Part shown: piece after piece, positions 1 through 9,825 of the stretch | Numbering within the stretch: position 1 is the first letter of the stretch | How the letters are laid out: each line of letters starts with the position of its first letter | DNA from: an uncultured Halobacteriales archaeon | GTDB taxonomy: Archaea; Thermoplasmatota; E2; JACPAO01; JAHWKR01 | NCBI GenBank assembly: GCA_964452895.1 | Contig: CAYVRY010000001.1 | Coordinates: 525-64,524 of the forward strand | Length of the DNA: 64,000 bases | Direction of reading: 5' to 3' | Position numbers and translations under genes: made by a program | Notes under the pieces: model-generated | Told to the model about the DNA's origin: nothing | Seen by the model: the letters and a program-made list of their open reading frames with translations, nothing else | The model's database searches: none

Positions 1-391
1 CCAACGGGCGCAGATTGCTACGCGGACGACCACAAGTCCGCGCTCGTGGACGTGTACGCATACGAGAGCGATCCCACCGGATTGTGGGAGACGCACACGA
101 ACGGCAACACAGGGCCGGCCGGTTACTATGGCCCCGGGATCTCGACGGGTCCGGACGGAGAACCCGACGCCCGCTAGTCTCTCCAAGGCGAGCCTTTCCC
201 TTCCCCGTCCTCCCTTTTTCACCCTTCCTTTTACCAAACGGTCGTGCACCACGGGGAAAACGCAACAAAAACCGATGGGCGCCACGGGCCGCGACCTGAT
301 GGTCGGCCAGATGCCAAGGGGCGCTCAGGCCGTCAACGCGCATGACGGCCATCCACGCCCTTCAAATACTCCGGGGTTTTCGAGCGCCTCC

Positions 392-1879
392 ATGAGCCTC
401 GTCGTCCATGACTCCTTGAAGCGGCAGAAGCTCCCTTTCGAGCCCTTGGAGCCCGGGCGGATCCGTTTGTACGTGTGCGGTTTGACGGTGTATGACGATG
501 CGCACATCGGGCATGCGCGTACGTACGTGGCGTTCGACGTGATCCGGCGCTACCTGGAGTACCGGGGCTATGATGTGAGCTACGTCCAGAACGTCACGGA
601 CGTGGACGACAAGATCATCAACGCCGCGGCGAAGGCGGACCGGGATTTCCTGGAGCACGGGGAGCGCTTTCATCGTCGCGCGCAGGAGGACTTGACGCGC
701 CTGGGCGTGAGGCCCCCGGACCGTTTTACGAAGGTCACGGACCACATGCAGGACATCATCGAGATCATCGGGAAGGTCATCGAGAACGACCACGCGTATG
801 TCACGGAGTCGGGCTCGGTCTATTTCCATGTCCCGTCCAAGGAGGATTACGGCAAGCTCTCCAACCAGAGTGTCGATGATGTGATCTCGGGCCAGCGCGT
901 GGAGCCGGGCCAGGAGAAGCGGCATCCGACGGATTTTGCCTTGTGGAAGGCGGCGAAACCGGACGAGCCGTCCTGGGACAGCCCGTGGGGCAAAGGGCGG
1001 CCCGGGTGGCACATCGAGTGCAGTGCGATGAGCGAGCGTGCGTTGGGCCAGCCGTTCGACATCCATGGCGGCGGCCGGGACCTGATCTTCCCGCACCATG
1101 AGAACGAGGTGGCGCAATCCGAGGCGGCCTACAAGTTGGAGTTCTCGCGGTACTGGATGCACACGGGGTTCCTGCAGGTGGAGGGGGAGAAGATGTCCAA
1201 GAGTCTGGGCAATTTCGTCACGATCCGGGACATCCTGAAGGAGCACGACCCGGATGCGCTGCGGTATTTCTTCGTGTTGACGCATTACCGAAGTCCCATC
1301 GATTTCAGCGAGAAGGGGATCAAGGAGGCGGCTTCGGCGTACCAGCGGCTGGTGCGCACCGAGGAGATGCTCACACGGTACACGGGCGGCCGGGAATACC
1401 GGGCGGACGCGGCGGCCGGCGAAGCGGTCGCGGCGAGCGATGCGGAGAAGGGCCTGTTGAAGGCGACCCGTTCGTTCGTGCGTCGTTTCGCCCAGGCGAT
1501 GGACGACGATTTCAACACGCCGGAGGCGGTGGCGGCGTTGCACGCGTTCGCGGGGGAGGTCCGTCGCGCCCTGGAGGACGCACCCGATGTGAAGCGCACG
1601 CCGTATGAGGGTCCGAACCGGGTGCTGCTTGCCTGGGCCCACGACGAGTTCCTGCGCGCGGCGCGCGTCTTGTCGCTCTTCCAGGAATCCGGGGACGAGT
1701 CCTCCGGGCAGGACCCGCTCACCGAACAATCCATCGACCTGCTGCTCGAGTTGCGGGAACGGGCGCGCTCGAACAAGGATTATGAGACGTCGGACCTGGT
1801 GCGCGACCGTCTTCGCGGCATGGGCGTCGAGGTCCAGGACAAGAAGACGGGGCCCGAGTGGCGGAGGGCCACCGCATGA
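392..1879 (+). CDS. cysS: cysteinyl-tRNA synthetase (class I)
   Basis: HIGH motif (CGLTVYDDAHIGHARTY) and KMSKS motif (KMSKSLGNF) in the ORF. I moved the start to the ATG at 392 (MSLVVHDS...) because the 128-391 extension has no cysRS similarity. A TATA-like box TCAAATAC sits about 26 nt upstream. Confidence 0.9.
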   Translation: MSLVVHDSLKRQKLPFEPLEPGRIRLYVCGLTVYDDAHIGHARTYVAFDVIRRYLEYRGYDVSYVQNVTDVDDKIINAAAKADRDFLEHGERFHRRAQEDLTRLGVRPPDRFTKVTDHMQDIIEIIGKVIENDHAYVTESGSVYFHVPSKEDYGKLSNQSVDDVISGQRVEPGQEKRHPTDFALWKAAKPDEPSWDSPWGKGRPGWHIECSAMSERALGQPFDIHGGGRDLIFPHHENEVAQSEAAYKLEFSRYWMHTGFLQVEGEKMSKSLGNFVTIRDILKEHDPDALRYFFVLTHYRSPIDFSEKGIKEAASAYQRLVRTEEMLTRYTGGREYRADAAAGEAVAASDAEKGLLKATRSFVRRFAQAMDDDFNTPEAVAALHAFAGEVRRALEDAPDVKRTPYEGPNRVLLAWAHDEFLRAARVLSLFQESGDESSGQDPLTEQSIDLLLELRERARSNKDYETSDLVRDRLRGMGVEVQDKKTGPEWRRATA

Positions 1880-2193
1880 TTTACCAAGCGAAGCATCAAT
1901 ACCTTCTCTCGTGACGACGCACGCCCGGAAGAAGGATCCATTGCGGTTCGTGGACGAGATTCCCAAAAGCAAAATCCCTGCCCGCCGACGCCTGCAGGAA
2001 CTGGAACGGGACCGGGATGCGTCATGGGAAGACGCGTGATTGGCGCCTTGGATGAGCACAAAGACTCCGCCCGGGTCCGCCTTCTGGACAACCCCCGCCA
2101 ACTGGTCCCGGGTCCTGCTTGTCGGGTGGTTTTGTACTGTTCGACCCGGATTGACCCTGCCCATCTTATCTACCCCTTTACTACTGGCGATTT

Positions 2194-3213
2194 ATGGAAG
2201 ATTCCCGGCGCCGGTGGTCCGTCTTGCTCGCTTTCGCGACCGCCTTGATCCTCATGTTGACCAGCTTGCCCTCTGTGACCGCGTTGCCGGGGTTGCATCC
2301 GCCGGGCACGACCCTCCATTCGGGGGAGTTCGGCGTGGAGGACGAGATCGCCTTCGCGACCACGCAAGGGGGGCTCCTTGTGGCTCCGGGTTCGCTCGTG
2401 AGCGTTGAAGCGGATTATCGCTTCGAGGAATCGGGTTTGGATGCCGGATACACCCATTCGTTCCGCGCGATCATGAGGATCCAGGGACAGCATGGAACGA
2501 TCGACACGCAATCTGTCTTTGAGGCGGTGGAGGGCCCGGGGATGATCGACGAGTCGGGGACGCTCACGGTGGAGTTCGTCGCGCCGGAGGTGCTTCGTGA
2601 GCTTTCGGTCACGCTGGAGGCGCAACGGTACCAGACGAAGCCGGGGGAGGGTTCAAGTCTCCTGAGCGAGGCGACGTCCACGGCGCCGCTTTCCTTCATC
2701 GCGGTGCCGGAACCGGTCCAGTTCGCTACACAGGGGCTCGTGGTGGACGACCGGCTTGAAGCCGGTGCCATCGACTTCACGGGCACGAACCAGATCGTGG
2801 CCGCAAGCGACGGTCATACCTTCTTGTCCACGGACCTGGGCAGTCGTTTCGTCGTGCCCACGCAGATCGAACGACCGGAGCTGAGCGATGTCACGCTCTT
2901 TTCGTTCCACGTGGTCGTCAACCTGGTCGTCAGCGTGGAGGGTGGCCCGAACTACGGAATCCAGCGCTCCGTCTTTCAGGACAGCTGCAACGACTGGGCG
3001 GACCATGGTTGCTCCATGGGGTCCGAAATCCGCGCTTTCGACATGGAGCTTCTGCTTCCCTCCAGCGCGTTGGAGCTCCATCGCGTGGTGGATGTCACCA
3101 TGCACGTCACGTTCGAATTGTACTGGCAGGACAATTCCCAGTCTCCGCCTCAGCAGGACGGGAAGTTCATCATCGAAGGCGATTCGGGGCACCATCTCGT
3201 GTTGGGCCTGTAG
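2194..3213 (+). CDS. hypothetical secreted protein (N-terminal signal peptide)
   Basis: ATG at 2194 with a hydrophobic signal-like N-terminus (VLLAFATALILMLTSLPSVTA). The composition is unbiased, unlike the overlapping Arg-rich antisense ORF. A TATA-like CTTATCTA lies about 26 nt upstream. Confidence 0.45.
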   Translation: MEDSRRRWSVLLAFATALILMLTSLPSVTALPGLHPPGTTLHSGEFGVEDEIAFATTQGGLLVAPGSLVSVEADYRFEESGLDAGYTHSFRAIMRIQGQHGTIDTQSVFEAVEGPGMIDESGTLTVEFVAPEVLRELSVTLEAQRYQTKPGEGSSLLSEATSTAPLSFIAVPEPVQFATQGLVVDDRLEAGAIDFTGTNQIVAASDGHTFLSTDLGSRFVVPTQIERPELSDVTLFSFHVVVNLVVSVEGGPNYGIQRSVFQDSCNDWADHGCSMGSEIRAFDMELLLPSSALELHRVVDVTMHVTFELYWQDNSQSPPQQDGKFIIEGDSGHHLVLGL

Positions 3214-3270
3214 GTCAGCCTGCCTTGTTCCGATGGATTGAAAACAAGGCCCCACGTCCCCGGCCCGACC

Positions 3271-4776
3271 ATGGGCGCCCATCCTGTCCCGTACGACTTC
3301 TCGCCGTTTGTGGACGCCGTGCAGGCTGCACGGGAGCATGATCCGCTGCTTGCCGCGTGGTTGGACCGTCACGCCTTGGGTCGCGATCATCGGGCCTGGC
3401 TTGACGAGGTGGCCCACCGGGTCCATGGGGTCTTGCGGGAGACCGCGGATTTCGTGGAACGCCGGGAGAACCTGCCGCGGCTTCTGGGCAAGGGTCCGTA
3501 CGACAACGACCCCCAGCAGGTGGTCTTGCCCGCGGAGACCTGGGAGGCGTTGGCTTGGGTGCATTCCTCGGGCCTGTGGGACGAGGGCCTGCCGGAGCCG
3601 GTGCGTTTTGCAGCGGTGTATCTGTTGAACCAGAACGCGGAGATGGGGATTACGTGCAGTGTGGCGTGCACCCACGGCCTCGTGCGTGTATTGCGTCGGT
3701 ACCCGGAGGATGGGCGCTCTCAAGCGGTGTTGCAGGCGTTCGCCGATGCATCGTCGGGGGATTGGATCCACGGGGCGCAGTTTGTAACAGAGGTCCAGGG
3801 CGGCAGTGATGCGGGAAAGAACGCGGTGACGGCGCACAAACAGGGGGATGCGTGGTCGCTCCAGGGGCAGAAGTGGTTCTGCTCGAACCTGACGGCGGAT
3901 TATTGGCTGGTCACTGCCCGACCGGAAGGCGCACCGGAGGGCAGCAAGGGGGTCGCCTTGTTCTGTGTACCGCGCGACCAGCCCGGTTACACGGTGGAGC
4001 GGCTCAAGGACAAGCTGGGCACGCGGGCGCTTCCCACGGCGGAGATCGTGTTCCATGGGGCCAAGGGGTGGGCCGTGGGTCCGTTGGAGAAAGGGCTGGC
4101 GACGATGGTCTCCCAGGTGCTTGTGACCAGCCGGGTCCACAACGTGGTCGCGGCCGCGGCGTTCGCGCGCAGTGCTGTGCGCGAGGCGCGCGCCTATGCG
4201 GGGTTCCGTTCGGCCTTCGATGCCAAATTGGAGACGTTGCCGCTGGTCGCGGCTTCGTTGGAGCGCTTGGAGAAGGAGGCGGACCGCATGCAGGCAGGGG
4301 CGTTCGCCACGGTGGACGCCTGGGCCACGGCAAACCGGCCGGACGCCGACGAACAGGCGGTCTGGTGGTCACGGATCCTGGTGAGTCTCGCCAAGGCGAT
4401 GACCGCGCGGCGCGCGCCGGGTCTTGTGTATGAGGCGATGATGGTCCTGGGCGGCAACGGGATCGAGGAACGGTTCACCCTGTTGCCGCGCTTGTGGCGC
4501 GACAGCGCGATCCTGGAGACCTGGGAAGGTCCGTATACGCTTCTTCTGATGAACGCCCTGCAGGACCTGGTGCAAGCCGATGTGACCGGGAACGAAAAGG
4601 GGTTCTTGACAACATGGATCGGTGAAGGGGAACTCACCGGGGAAGCGGTGCGGGGTCTGCAGCAGGTCCTGGCGGACCCCCGGGACCCGCGCAGCATCCG
4701 GCTGTGGCCCACGGTGGCGCACAAGGTGTACGCGGTGTGGGAGGAGAACGCGCTGGAGCGGTTGAACAGGGCGTAG
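3271..4776 (+). CDS. acyl-CoA dehydrogenase family protein
   Basis: The C-terminal half reads like the ACAD fold (VLGGNGIEERFTLLPRLWRDSAILETWEGPYTLL; FARSAVREARAYAGFRSAFD). The start is probably the ATG at 3271 (MGAHPV...); the track ORF begins at 3238 with an alternative start. Confidence 0.7.
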   Translation: MGAHPVPYDFSPFVDAVQAAREHDPLLAAWLDRHALGRDHRAWLDEVAHRVHGVLRETADFVERRENLPRLLGKGPYDNDPQQVVLPAETWEALAWVHSSGLWDEGLPEPVRFAAVYLLNQNAEMGITCSVACTHGLVRVLRRYPEDGRSQAVLQAFADASSGDWIHGAQFVTEVQGGSDAGKNAVTAHKQGDAWSLQGQKWFCSNLTADYWLVTARPEGAPEGSKGVALFCVPRDQPGYTVERLKDKLGTRALPTAEIVFHGAKGWAVGPLEKGLATMVSQVLVTSRVHNVVAAAAFARSAVREARAYAGFRSAFDAKLETLPLVAASLERLEKEADRMQAGAFATVDAWATANRPDADEQAVWWSRILVSLAKAMTARRAPGLVYEAMMVLGGNGIEERFTLLPRLWRDSAILETWEGPYTLLLMNALQDLVQADVTGNEKGFLTTWIGEGELTGEAVRGLQQVLADPRDPRSIRLWPTVAHKVYAVWEENALERLNRA

Positions 4777-4850
4777 AGCTCCGCGGCCCCGACACACGTC
4801 CTGAAGGATAATCATACCGTTTAAATAGCAATGGGCGCTGCACTCGTCCA

Positions 4851-5492
4851 ATGCGTGTGGTTCTGTTTCTCTTGCCTTTTTTGCTGCTTTCTCCGGCGGC
4901 CCACGCCCAGGGGGTCGTGCAAGCGGAAATGGATACACGCCTCGAACCCGAGGCGGTGACGGTGTCTGTTGAGGAAAACCAGACCGTTCTGCTTCATATC
5001 AACGGTCGGATACAGTGCGTTCCGGGCCTACCGGGTCCCCGTGATATCCAAGGGTTCTTGTCGCGCCACGGCTGGAGTTTTCCGGGTTACTGGCGGGTTG
5101 AGCCGACCCGGCTGGAGATCCCGTGGGAAGAACGCGATGCTGGAGAATGGGTCATCGATGAGCCCGTGCCGTTGGCGATCATTGCGGACACCCCGGCGCC
5201 AGAGCAATACGCTGGCGAGGAACTGACGCAAGTAAACCTCAATTCGGCTGGTCAATTCCTCTTGCCGACCGGTCAGGGCGAATGCTCCCCTGCGGGGTAC
5301 GGCTGGGACCACCAGTCCCACGAGTTGACCGTCAATGTGCCCATCGGCGTGGAGGACGAGGCTGGCACGAACGGGACAGTAGGGGCCGGGGATCCGGGTG
5401 GCGGATGGACCTCCGCAGTGATCGCCTTGTTGGCGATCTACGGTGCGCTCATGACGCTTGTCGCGATCGCGCGCGTGCGCAAGCGCCGCTGA
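4851..5492 (+). CDS. hypothetical surface protein with signal peptide and C-terminal TM anchor
   Basis: Signal peptide MRVVLFLLPFLLLSPAAHA. C-terminal TM helix followed by a basic tail (AVIALLAIYGALMTLVAIARVRKRR). TATA TTTAAATA lies 27 nt upstream of the ATG. Confidence 0.5.
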   Translation: MRVVLFLLPFLLLSPAAHAQGVVQAEMDTRLEPEAVTVSVEENQTVLLHINGRIQCVPGLPGPRDIQGFLSRHGWSFPGYWRVEPTRLEIPWEERDAGEWVIDEPVPLAIIADTPAPEQYAGEELTQVNLNSAGQFLLPTGQGECSPAGYGWDHQSHELTVNVPIGVEDEAGTNGTVGAGDPGGGWTSAVIALLAIYGALMTLVAIARVRKRR

Positions 5493-5526
5493 GCCAGAGC
5501 CAAGGGCCCCGCTTTACATGACTGGT

Positions 5527-7446
5527 TTATTGTTGCCTGCGCCTTTTGCGTTTCCATCCCGCCCGGCGCTGCTTGGCGTCCGCTTCGGCTTCCTTGTCTT
5601 CGCTGATCTTGTATTGGTCGGGGTTCTTCTCCCAAAGCGGCACTTCGAGGGTCTGCAGGCGTCCGTCGCGGAAGACGCTCACTTGGGCGCTTTTTTTTCG
5701 GGCGGCGGTGTTCACGTGCCGGGCGAGGTTTTGCCGGTCGACTTTCCAGCCGTCCACGGCGAGGATCTCGTCGTCCGGGTCGAGCGGGGAGGGCCGCAGC
5801 GCGGCGTCCTTGCGGTAGCCGCCGTCCGGGGTGTCCCATTGGTCGGGCACGGCGAGGATCTTCAGGTTCTTCTCGTCCAGGATCACGCCCAGCCCGTTCT
5901 TCTGGTCCGGGTCGCTGTGTTTGCGTTCCAGTTTCAGTCCCAATGATCGAAGGGCCTTGTCCACGTCCACGTTGCCGGGATGGTTGACCCAGCGTGAGAG
6001 CTGCCGGGTCACGTCCACACCGGTGGCTTCGAGCACGTGTCTGGCCACGCTGTCTTCCTCGATCCCGATCCCCTGGCGGCCGTGTTCCCGGTAGAGGTGG
6101 CGCATCACCTGGTCCAGGTTCGCGCCGTTTTCGCGCAGATGGGCGTCCAACAGCAGGCAGACCAGGGTTCCTTTTGCGTAGTAGGAGACGTTCGTGTTCG
6201 GGTTGGATTCGTGGCGTTTGTAGAGTTTCGTCCAGCTGAGGCGGCTGGCATCGGCGACACTCAGCCGGTGGCGCCCGGGCGTGGATTCCACGTGCTTGAT
6301 GATCTCGGCGAGTACCTCGTAGACGCGTTTCTTCTTGATACCGGCGCGCAGGAGGAGCGGGAATTCATAGTACGTGGTGCCGCCTTCGAAGAGCCACAAT
6401 AACCCGGTGGGGACCTCTTGTTGGTAGTCGTAGGGTTGGAACACCGCGGGTTTGTTGCGGCGTACGTTCCAGACGTGGACGTATTCGTGGGCCACAAGCG
6501 GCAGCAGGCGGGTGTGGTAGGCCTTCTCGTCGATGAGTGCCAGCGGGTCCGCGCCCAGGACGGTGCTGTTGTCGTGTTCGAGGCCGCCGCCGTGGTCCCG
6601 CGCGATATGCAGGATGAAGGTGTAGTCCTTGTAGGGTGGGCCGTCGAAGACCGCGCAGGCCTCTTCGATGATCCGCGTCACGTCGTTTTTCAGGGTGTCC
6701 CAGTCCGTGCCGTCGGGAGGGTTCCAGGTGACGAACCGATGGGGTTTCCCCGCGGCCATGAAGCGCTCTTCGTGGTGGTCGACCCCCGCTTCGATGGGGC
6801 GGTCCACGAGCTGGTCGTAGTCCGCGGCGCGGTACCGGCCGGTACCGTGTTGCCGGGTGGGCCAGGGTCCGCTGCGTCTTGGTTCTTCCAGGCCGGTCCA
6901 GATCTCCCAGCCTTTGGGCAGGTCCAACTTGAGGTGCCAGGGGCGGTCCCGGGTGTCGGCGTCATACAGGAACACGGTGACGCCGTGCAGGTAGAGGTGG
7001 GTGCGGGTCACGTGGCTCGTGTTCACACTCAGGTCGCGGCAGTAGACCGTGTACCGCACGGTGAGCGGGCCGCGCCCGGGATCGTGGAACCGCCAGCGGT
7101 CGTTCTCGCTGCGCGTGGTCGGTAGCGCGCGGTCGTCCCGGGTGGTGATCTCGAGGTCGTGGACGAAGCGGGCGTAGTCGCGCAGGGTGTAGGAGCCGGG
7201 GATCCAACGCGGCATCATGAGTTCGCGTGTGCCGGCCTCGGGCAGTCCCGGGATGCGCAGTTCCACTTCGATCCGGTGGGATTCGGGTCGCTTGCAGGTG
7301 ACGCGGGCCGTCACAGGGGCCCGGTGTGGGGTCGCAGGGGGGGACACGGCGCGGCGAATCCGGCGGTTCCCATTCATTGTGTCGGTGGGGCCAGCGTGTG
7401 AGGAGGCCCGACGGACCGGGTCCATGTCCGTTGGGGGTGGGTTCAA
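5527..7446 (-). CDS. M61-family zinc metallopeptidase with C-terminal PDZ domain
   Basis: HEXXH motif (HEYVHVWN) in the middle and a PDZ-like C-terminus (EILAVDGWKVDRQNL...VSVFRDGRLQTLEVPL), which matches the M61 glycyl-aminopeptidase layout. The start is uncertain; internal Met residues at about 7425 or 7377 are more likely than the listed one. Confidence 0.6.
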   Translation of the reverse strand: MNPPPTDMDPVRRASSHAGPTDTMNGNRRIRRAVSPPATPHRAPVTARVTCKRPESHRIEVELRIPGLPEAGTRELMMPRWIPGSYTLRDYARFVHDLEITTRDDRALPTTRSENDRWRFHDPGRGPLTVRYTVYCRDLSVNTSHVTRTHLYLHGVTVFLYDADTRDRPWHLKLDLPKGWEIWTGLEEPRRSGPWPTRQHGTGRYRAADYDQLVDRPIEAGVDHHEERFMAAGKPHRFVTWNPPDGTDWDTLKNDVTRIIEEACAVFDGPPYKDYTFILHIARDHGGGLEHDNSTVLGADPLALIDEKAYHTRLLPLVAHEYVHVWNVRRNKPAVFQPYDYQQEVPTGLLWLFEGGTTYYEFPLLLRAGIKKKRVYEVLAEIIKHVESTPGRHRLSVADASRLSWTKLYKRHESNPNTNVSYYAKGTLVCLLLDAHLRENGANLDQVMRHLYREHGRQGIGIEEDSVARHVLEATGVDVTRQLSRWVNHPGNVDVDKALRSLGLKLERKHSDPDQKNGLGVILDEKNLKILAVPDQWDTPDGGYRKDAALRPSPLDPDDEILAVDGWKVDRQNLARHVNTAARKKSAQVSVFRDGRLQTLEVPLWEKNPDQYKISEDKEAEADAKQRRAGWKRKRRRQQ

Positions 7447-7452
7447 TACGGG

Positions 7453-8172
7453 GTGCCCGTTGGCGGTTTTGTGGCCCGTTCGTCGTCTTCACCTTCGGGG
7501 CAGACGCCCGTCGTCCAGGAGCGGGCGCACCGGTTGGCCGGAGGGGCAGGCGGCCATTCCGTGCGCGGGAAGGCGCGCGATGAAGTGCTGGATTGGTTGG
7601 CCCGTTTCCTGTTCCGCCTCGGTGTGCGTCCGAACCATCTCACCCTGGCCCAGACCCCGGTCTATGTGGTCATGATCTACACCGGGTTCACGGGCCGGAT
7701 TTGGATCTTCGGCTTCCTTCAGCTCCTGGTGATCTTTCTCGACGGGTTGGACGGTACGGTGGCGCGCCGCATGGGGATCCAGAGCCGGGGCGGGGCCTAC
7801 CTGGACGCGGCGTTCGACCTGTTCGGGATCGTCCTGGTGATGGCGGTGGCGATCCATGCGTTCCCCGCCTATGCGTCGCCTTTGGGTCTGTTGTTGGTCA
7901 CGAACCTGCTGCTTTATTACCAGAATTACCGGCTTGACGAGAAGGCGGTGTCCTATGTCCGGGGGCCGGTGGTATTGGGTCTTTTGGCGGAGCGTCATTG
8001 GCCGGGCGTGATGTGGATCGCGATCTGGGTGCCGCTTGCGGTCACCGTGTTGATCGTCGTGGTGCGCATGGTGCGCCAGCCGCGCCCGGTCCCGCCGCAC
8101 GAGGTGAAGGGTCCGCCGCCTTACCGTCCCGGCTTCAAGGCCACCGGGATCAAAAAGGACCGCGGTCCGTGA
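7453..8172 (+). CDS. CDP-alcohol phosphatidyltransferase family protein (archaeal lipid head-group synthase)
   Basis: Signature DG(x2)AR(x8)G(x3)D(x3)D is present as DGLDGTVARRMGIQSRGGAYLDAAFD, with a multi-TM profile. The start is uncertain (GTG at 7453, or in-frame GTG near 7564). Confidence 0.7.
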   Translation: MPVGGFVARSSSSPSGQTPVVQERAHRLAGGAGGHSVRGKARDEVLDWLARFLFRLGVRPNHLTLAQTPVYVVMIYTGFTGRIWIFGFLQLLVIFLDGLDGTVARRMGIQSRGGAYLDAAFDLFGIVLVMAVAIHAFPAYASPLGLLLVTNLLLYYQNYRLDEKAVSYVRGPVVLGLLAERHWPGVMWIAIWVPLAVTVLIVVVRMVRQPRPVPPHEVKGPPPYRPGFKATGIKKDRGP

Positions 8173-8174
8173 GC

Positions 8175-8969
8175 TCAGGCTTGTGCGCCTTCCTCGTTCT
8201 CGTTGGGATCCGCCGCGGCGGTCGCGGTGGGCGGCGGGAGTTCCACGATGCTGCGGGCGTGATCGGGGACGTCCGTGAGGATCGCGTCCACCAGGAAGCG
8301 ACGGGCGACCTTGATCCGGGCGGTGCGGTTCAGCGTCCACACCCAGAACGCGGCGCCCGCATTATGGACCGCGTCGCGCACGCTGCGGTAATGCCCGGGG
8401 TCCCGAAGGGCCAGGACGTCCGCTTCGTATTGGGCGAGCAGGCTCGCCGCGGTGGCGGCACGCAGATGACGTTCTCCCTCCAGCAGGCCGGTGGTCCAGC
8501 CGTCGCGGGCGTAGTTTCGTACGGTGCGCGTGTCGAAGGAGGTGACGATGGTGGGCCCGCGCCAGCCGGCGCGGTCGATGATCTCGCCGAGTCGGTGGGG
8601 CGGAAGGGTCCCGAGGGGTTCCTTGTGGATCTTCAGTTCGATGTCCAAAAGGGCCCGGGGCCATTTCTTGGCCATCAGCACGAGAACGGATTCCAGGGTG
8701 GGGACCGGCAGCAGGTTCGCGCTCTGGTCCGCGATCACGACGCGTTCGCCGCGGGTGCGGCGCAGGTCGGGGTCGTGGGACAGGACGGCGATGCCGTCGG
8801 CGGACCGGCGCACGTCGATCTCCACGCCGTCGGCGCCCATTTCCAGGGCGGAATCGATGGCGGCCCAGGTGTTCTCTTTGAAATGACGGGAGGCGCCGCG
8901 GTGCGCCATGATCCGTGGCCGGTCGTCCTGCCTGAGCACGTGTTCGGGTGCCGTTCGCTTCTTTTGCAT
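8175..8969 (-). CDS. glycerophosphodiester phosphodiesterase (GDPD family)
   Basis: N-terminal motif RIMAHRGASRHFKENTWAAIDSALEMGADGVEIDVRRSADGIAVLSHDPDL is typical of the GDPD family. Confidence 0.85.
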   Translation of the reverse strand: MQKKRTAPEHVLRQDDRPRIMAHRGASRHFKENTWAAIDSALEMGADGVEIDVRRSADGIAVLSHDPDLRRTRGERVVIADQSANLLPVPTLESVLVLMAKKWPRALLDIELKIHKEPLGTLPPHRLGEIIDRAGWRGPTIVTSFDTRTVRNYARDGWTTGLLEGERHLRAATAASLLAQYEADVLALRDPGHYRSVRDAVHNAGAAFWVWTLNRTARIKVARRFLVDAILTDVPDHARSIVELPPPTATAAADPNENEEGAQA

Positions 8970-9035
8970 CGCCGGGCTCCAGAAAGCGCTGATGGGTGAT
9001 GAGGCTTCCCCGCGTGACCGACACGGTGAAACCGG

Positions 9036-9722
9036 GTGTGGCCTTCGCAGGCGGCGATGGCGACGGATTCATCCGGTTTGTGGCGGGCCCATGTGGACGG
9101 CGGCTGCAACCCGAACCCGGAAGGGGTGATGGGGCTCGGGGTGCATCTCACCGACCCGGCGGGGACGGTGCGCGCTCAGCTTTCCGAGCAGCCGCCGGGC
9201 CGCGGCACGAGCAACACGGCGGAGTTCCATGGTGTGCTGCGGGCGCTGCAGGAGGCGAAGCGCCAGGGTGCCCGACGCCTGGAGGTGATCGCGGATTCCC
9301 GTTTGACGGTGGGCATGCTCACGGGGCGCATGCGGGCCCACAAGGCGCACCTGGCGGCGCTGTTGAAGCAGGTGCAAAAGGAGCAGGAAGGTTTTGACGA
9401 GGTTCTCTTTCGTTGGGTGCCGCGAGAAGAGAACAAGGACGCCGACCGGTTGGCGTCGCTGGCGATCGAAAAGGTGACGGGGCGCAAGCGGGGTGGTGGT
9501 CGAGCGGGGGTACCCGCGCCGGGCGCGGCACAGGGCAAGGCGGAGGCCAAGGCGGTAGCGGTGGACACGCGCTGTTCGGTGTGCGAAAAGGAATGCTCGT
9601 TCACATGGCAGACGTTCAAGGACGGGCGCAGGCACATCCGACAGGAGTGCCCCGTGCATGGATTCTTGCGGTATGCGCCGAAGGAGGAGCCCTATGTGGA
9701 GTTGGCCGATTCGCGGTCGTGA
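9036..9722 (+). CDS. rnhA: ribonuclease HI-like protein with C-terminal zinc-ribbon extension
   Basis: Archaeal-type RNase HI blocks: VDGGCNPNPEG, SNTAEFHGVLRAL, VIADSRL and EENKDADRLASLA (the DEDD catalytic residues). An extra Cys-rich tail (CSVCEKEC...ECPVHGF) follows. Confidence 0.75.
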   Translation: MWPSQAAMATDSSGLWRAHVDGGCNPNPEGVMGLGVHLTDPAGTVRAQLSEQPPGRGTSNTAEFHGVLRALQEAKRQGARRLEVIADSRLTVGMLTGRMRAHKAHLAALLKQVQKEQEGFDEVLFRWVPREENKDADRLASLAIEKVTGRKRGGGRAGVPAPGAAQGKAEAKAVAVDTRCSVCEKECSFTWQTFKDGRRHIRQECPVHGFLRYAPKEEPYVELADSRS

Positions 9723-9754
9723 AACCTCAAACCCCGGTCAGTCAGGAGCTTATA

Positions 9755-9771
9755 GGTTGCTTTTTGCAACC
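9755..9771 (+). terminator. perfect hairpin GGTTGC-TTTTT-GCAACC downstream of the RNase H gene
   Basis: 6-bp inverted repeat with a T5 loop 33 nt after the stop at 9722. It is flanked by T-rich sequence and is a possible terminator or regulatory hairpin. Confidence 0.3.
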
Positions 9772-9825
9772 GTAAAAAGGTCGCTTGTCGGGTCCCTTTA
9801 AACGTTCTCGGAGTGGGGGACCTCC

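Noticed and set aside
128-391. N-terminal extensions of cysS (128-391) and purA (36637-36819) in the ORF track
   Set aside because: The extensions lack family similarity. Both family N-termini begin at internal ATGs preceded by TATA-like boxes at about -26 to -32.
362-2164. 600-aa ORF antisense to cysS
   Set aside because: Arg/Leu/Pro-rich with no family similarity. The sense strand encodes an unambiguous cysRS with HIGH and KMSKS motifs. This is the typical GC-rich antisense artefact.
2653-4140. 495-aa minus-strand ORF across the secreted-protein and ACAD genes
   Set aside because: Arg/His/Pro-rich low-complexity translation. The plus-strand frames have a signal peptide and ACAD blocks.
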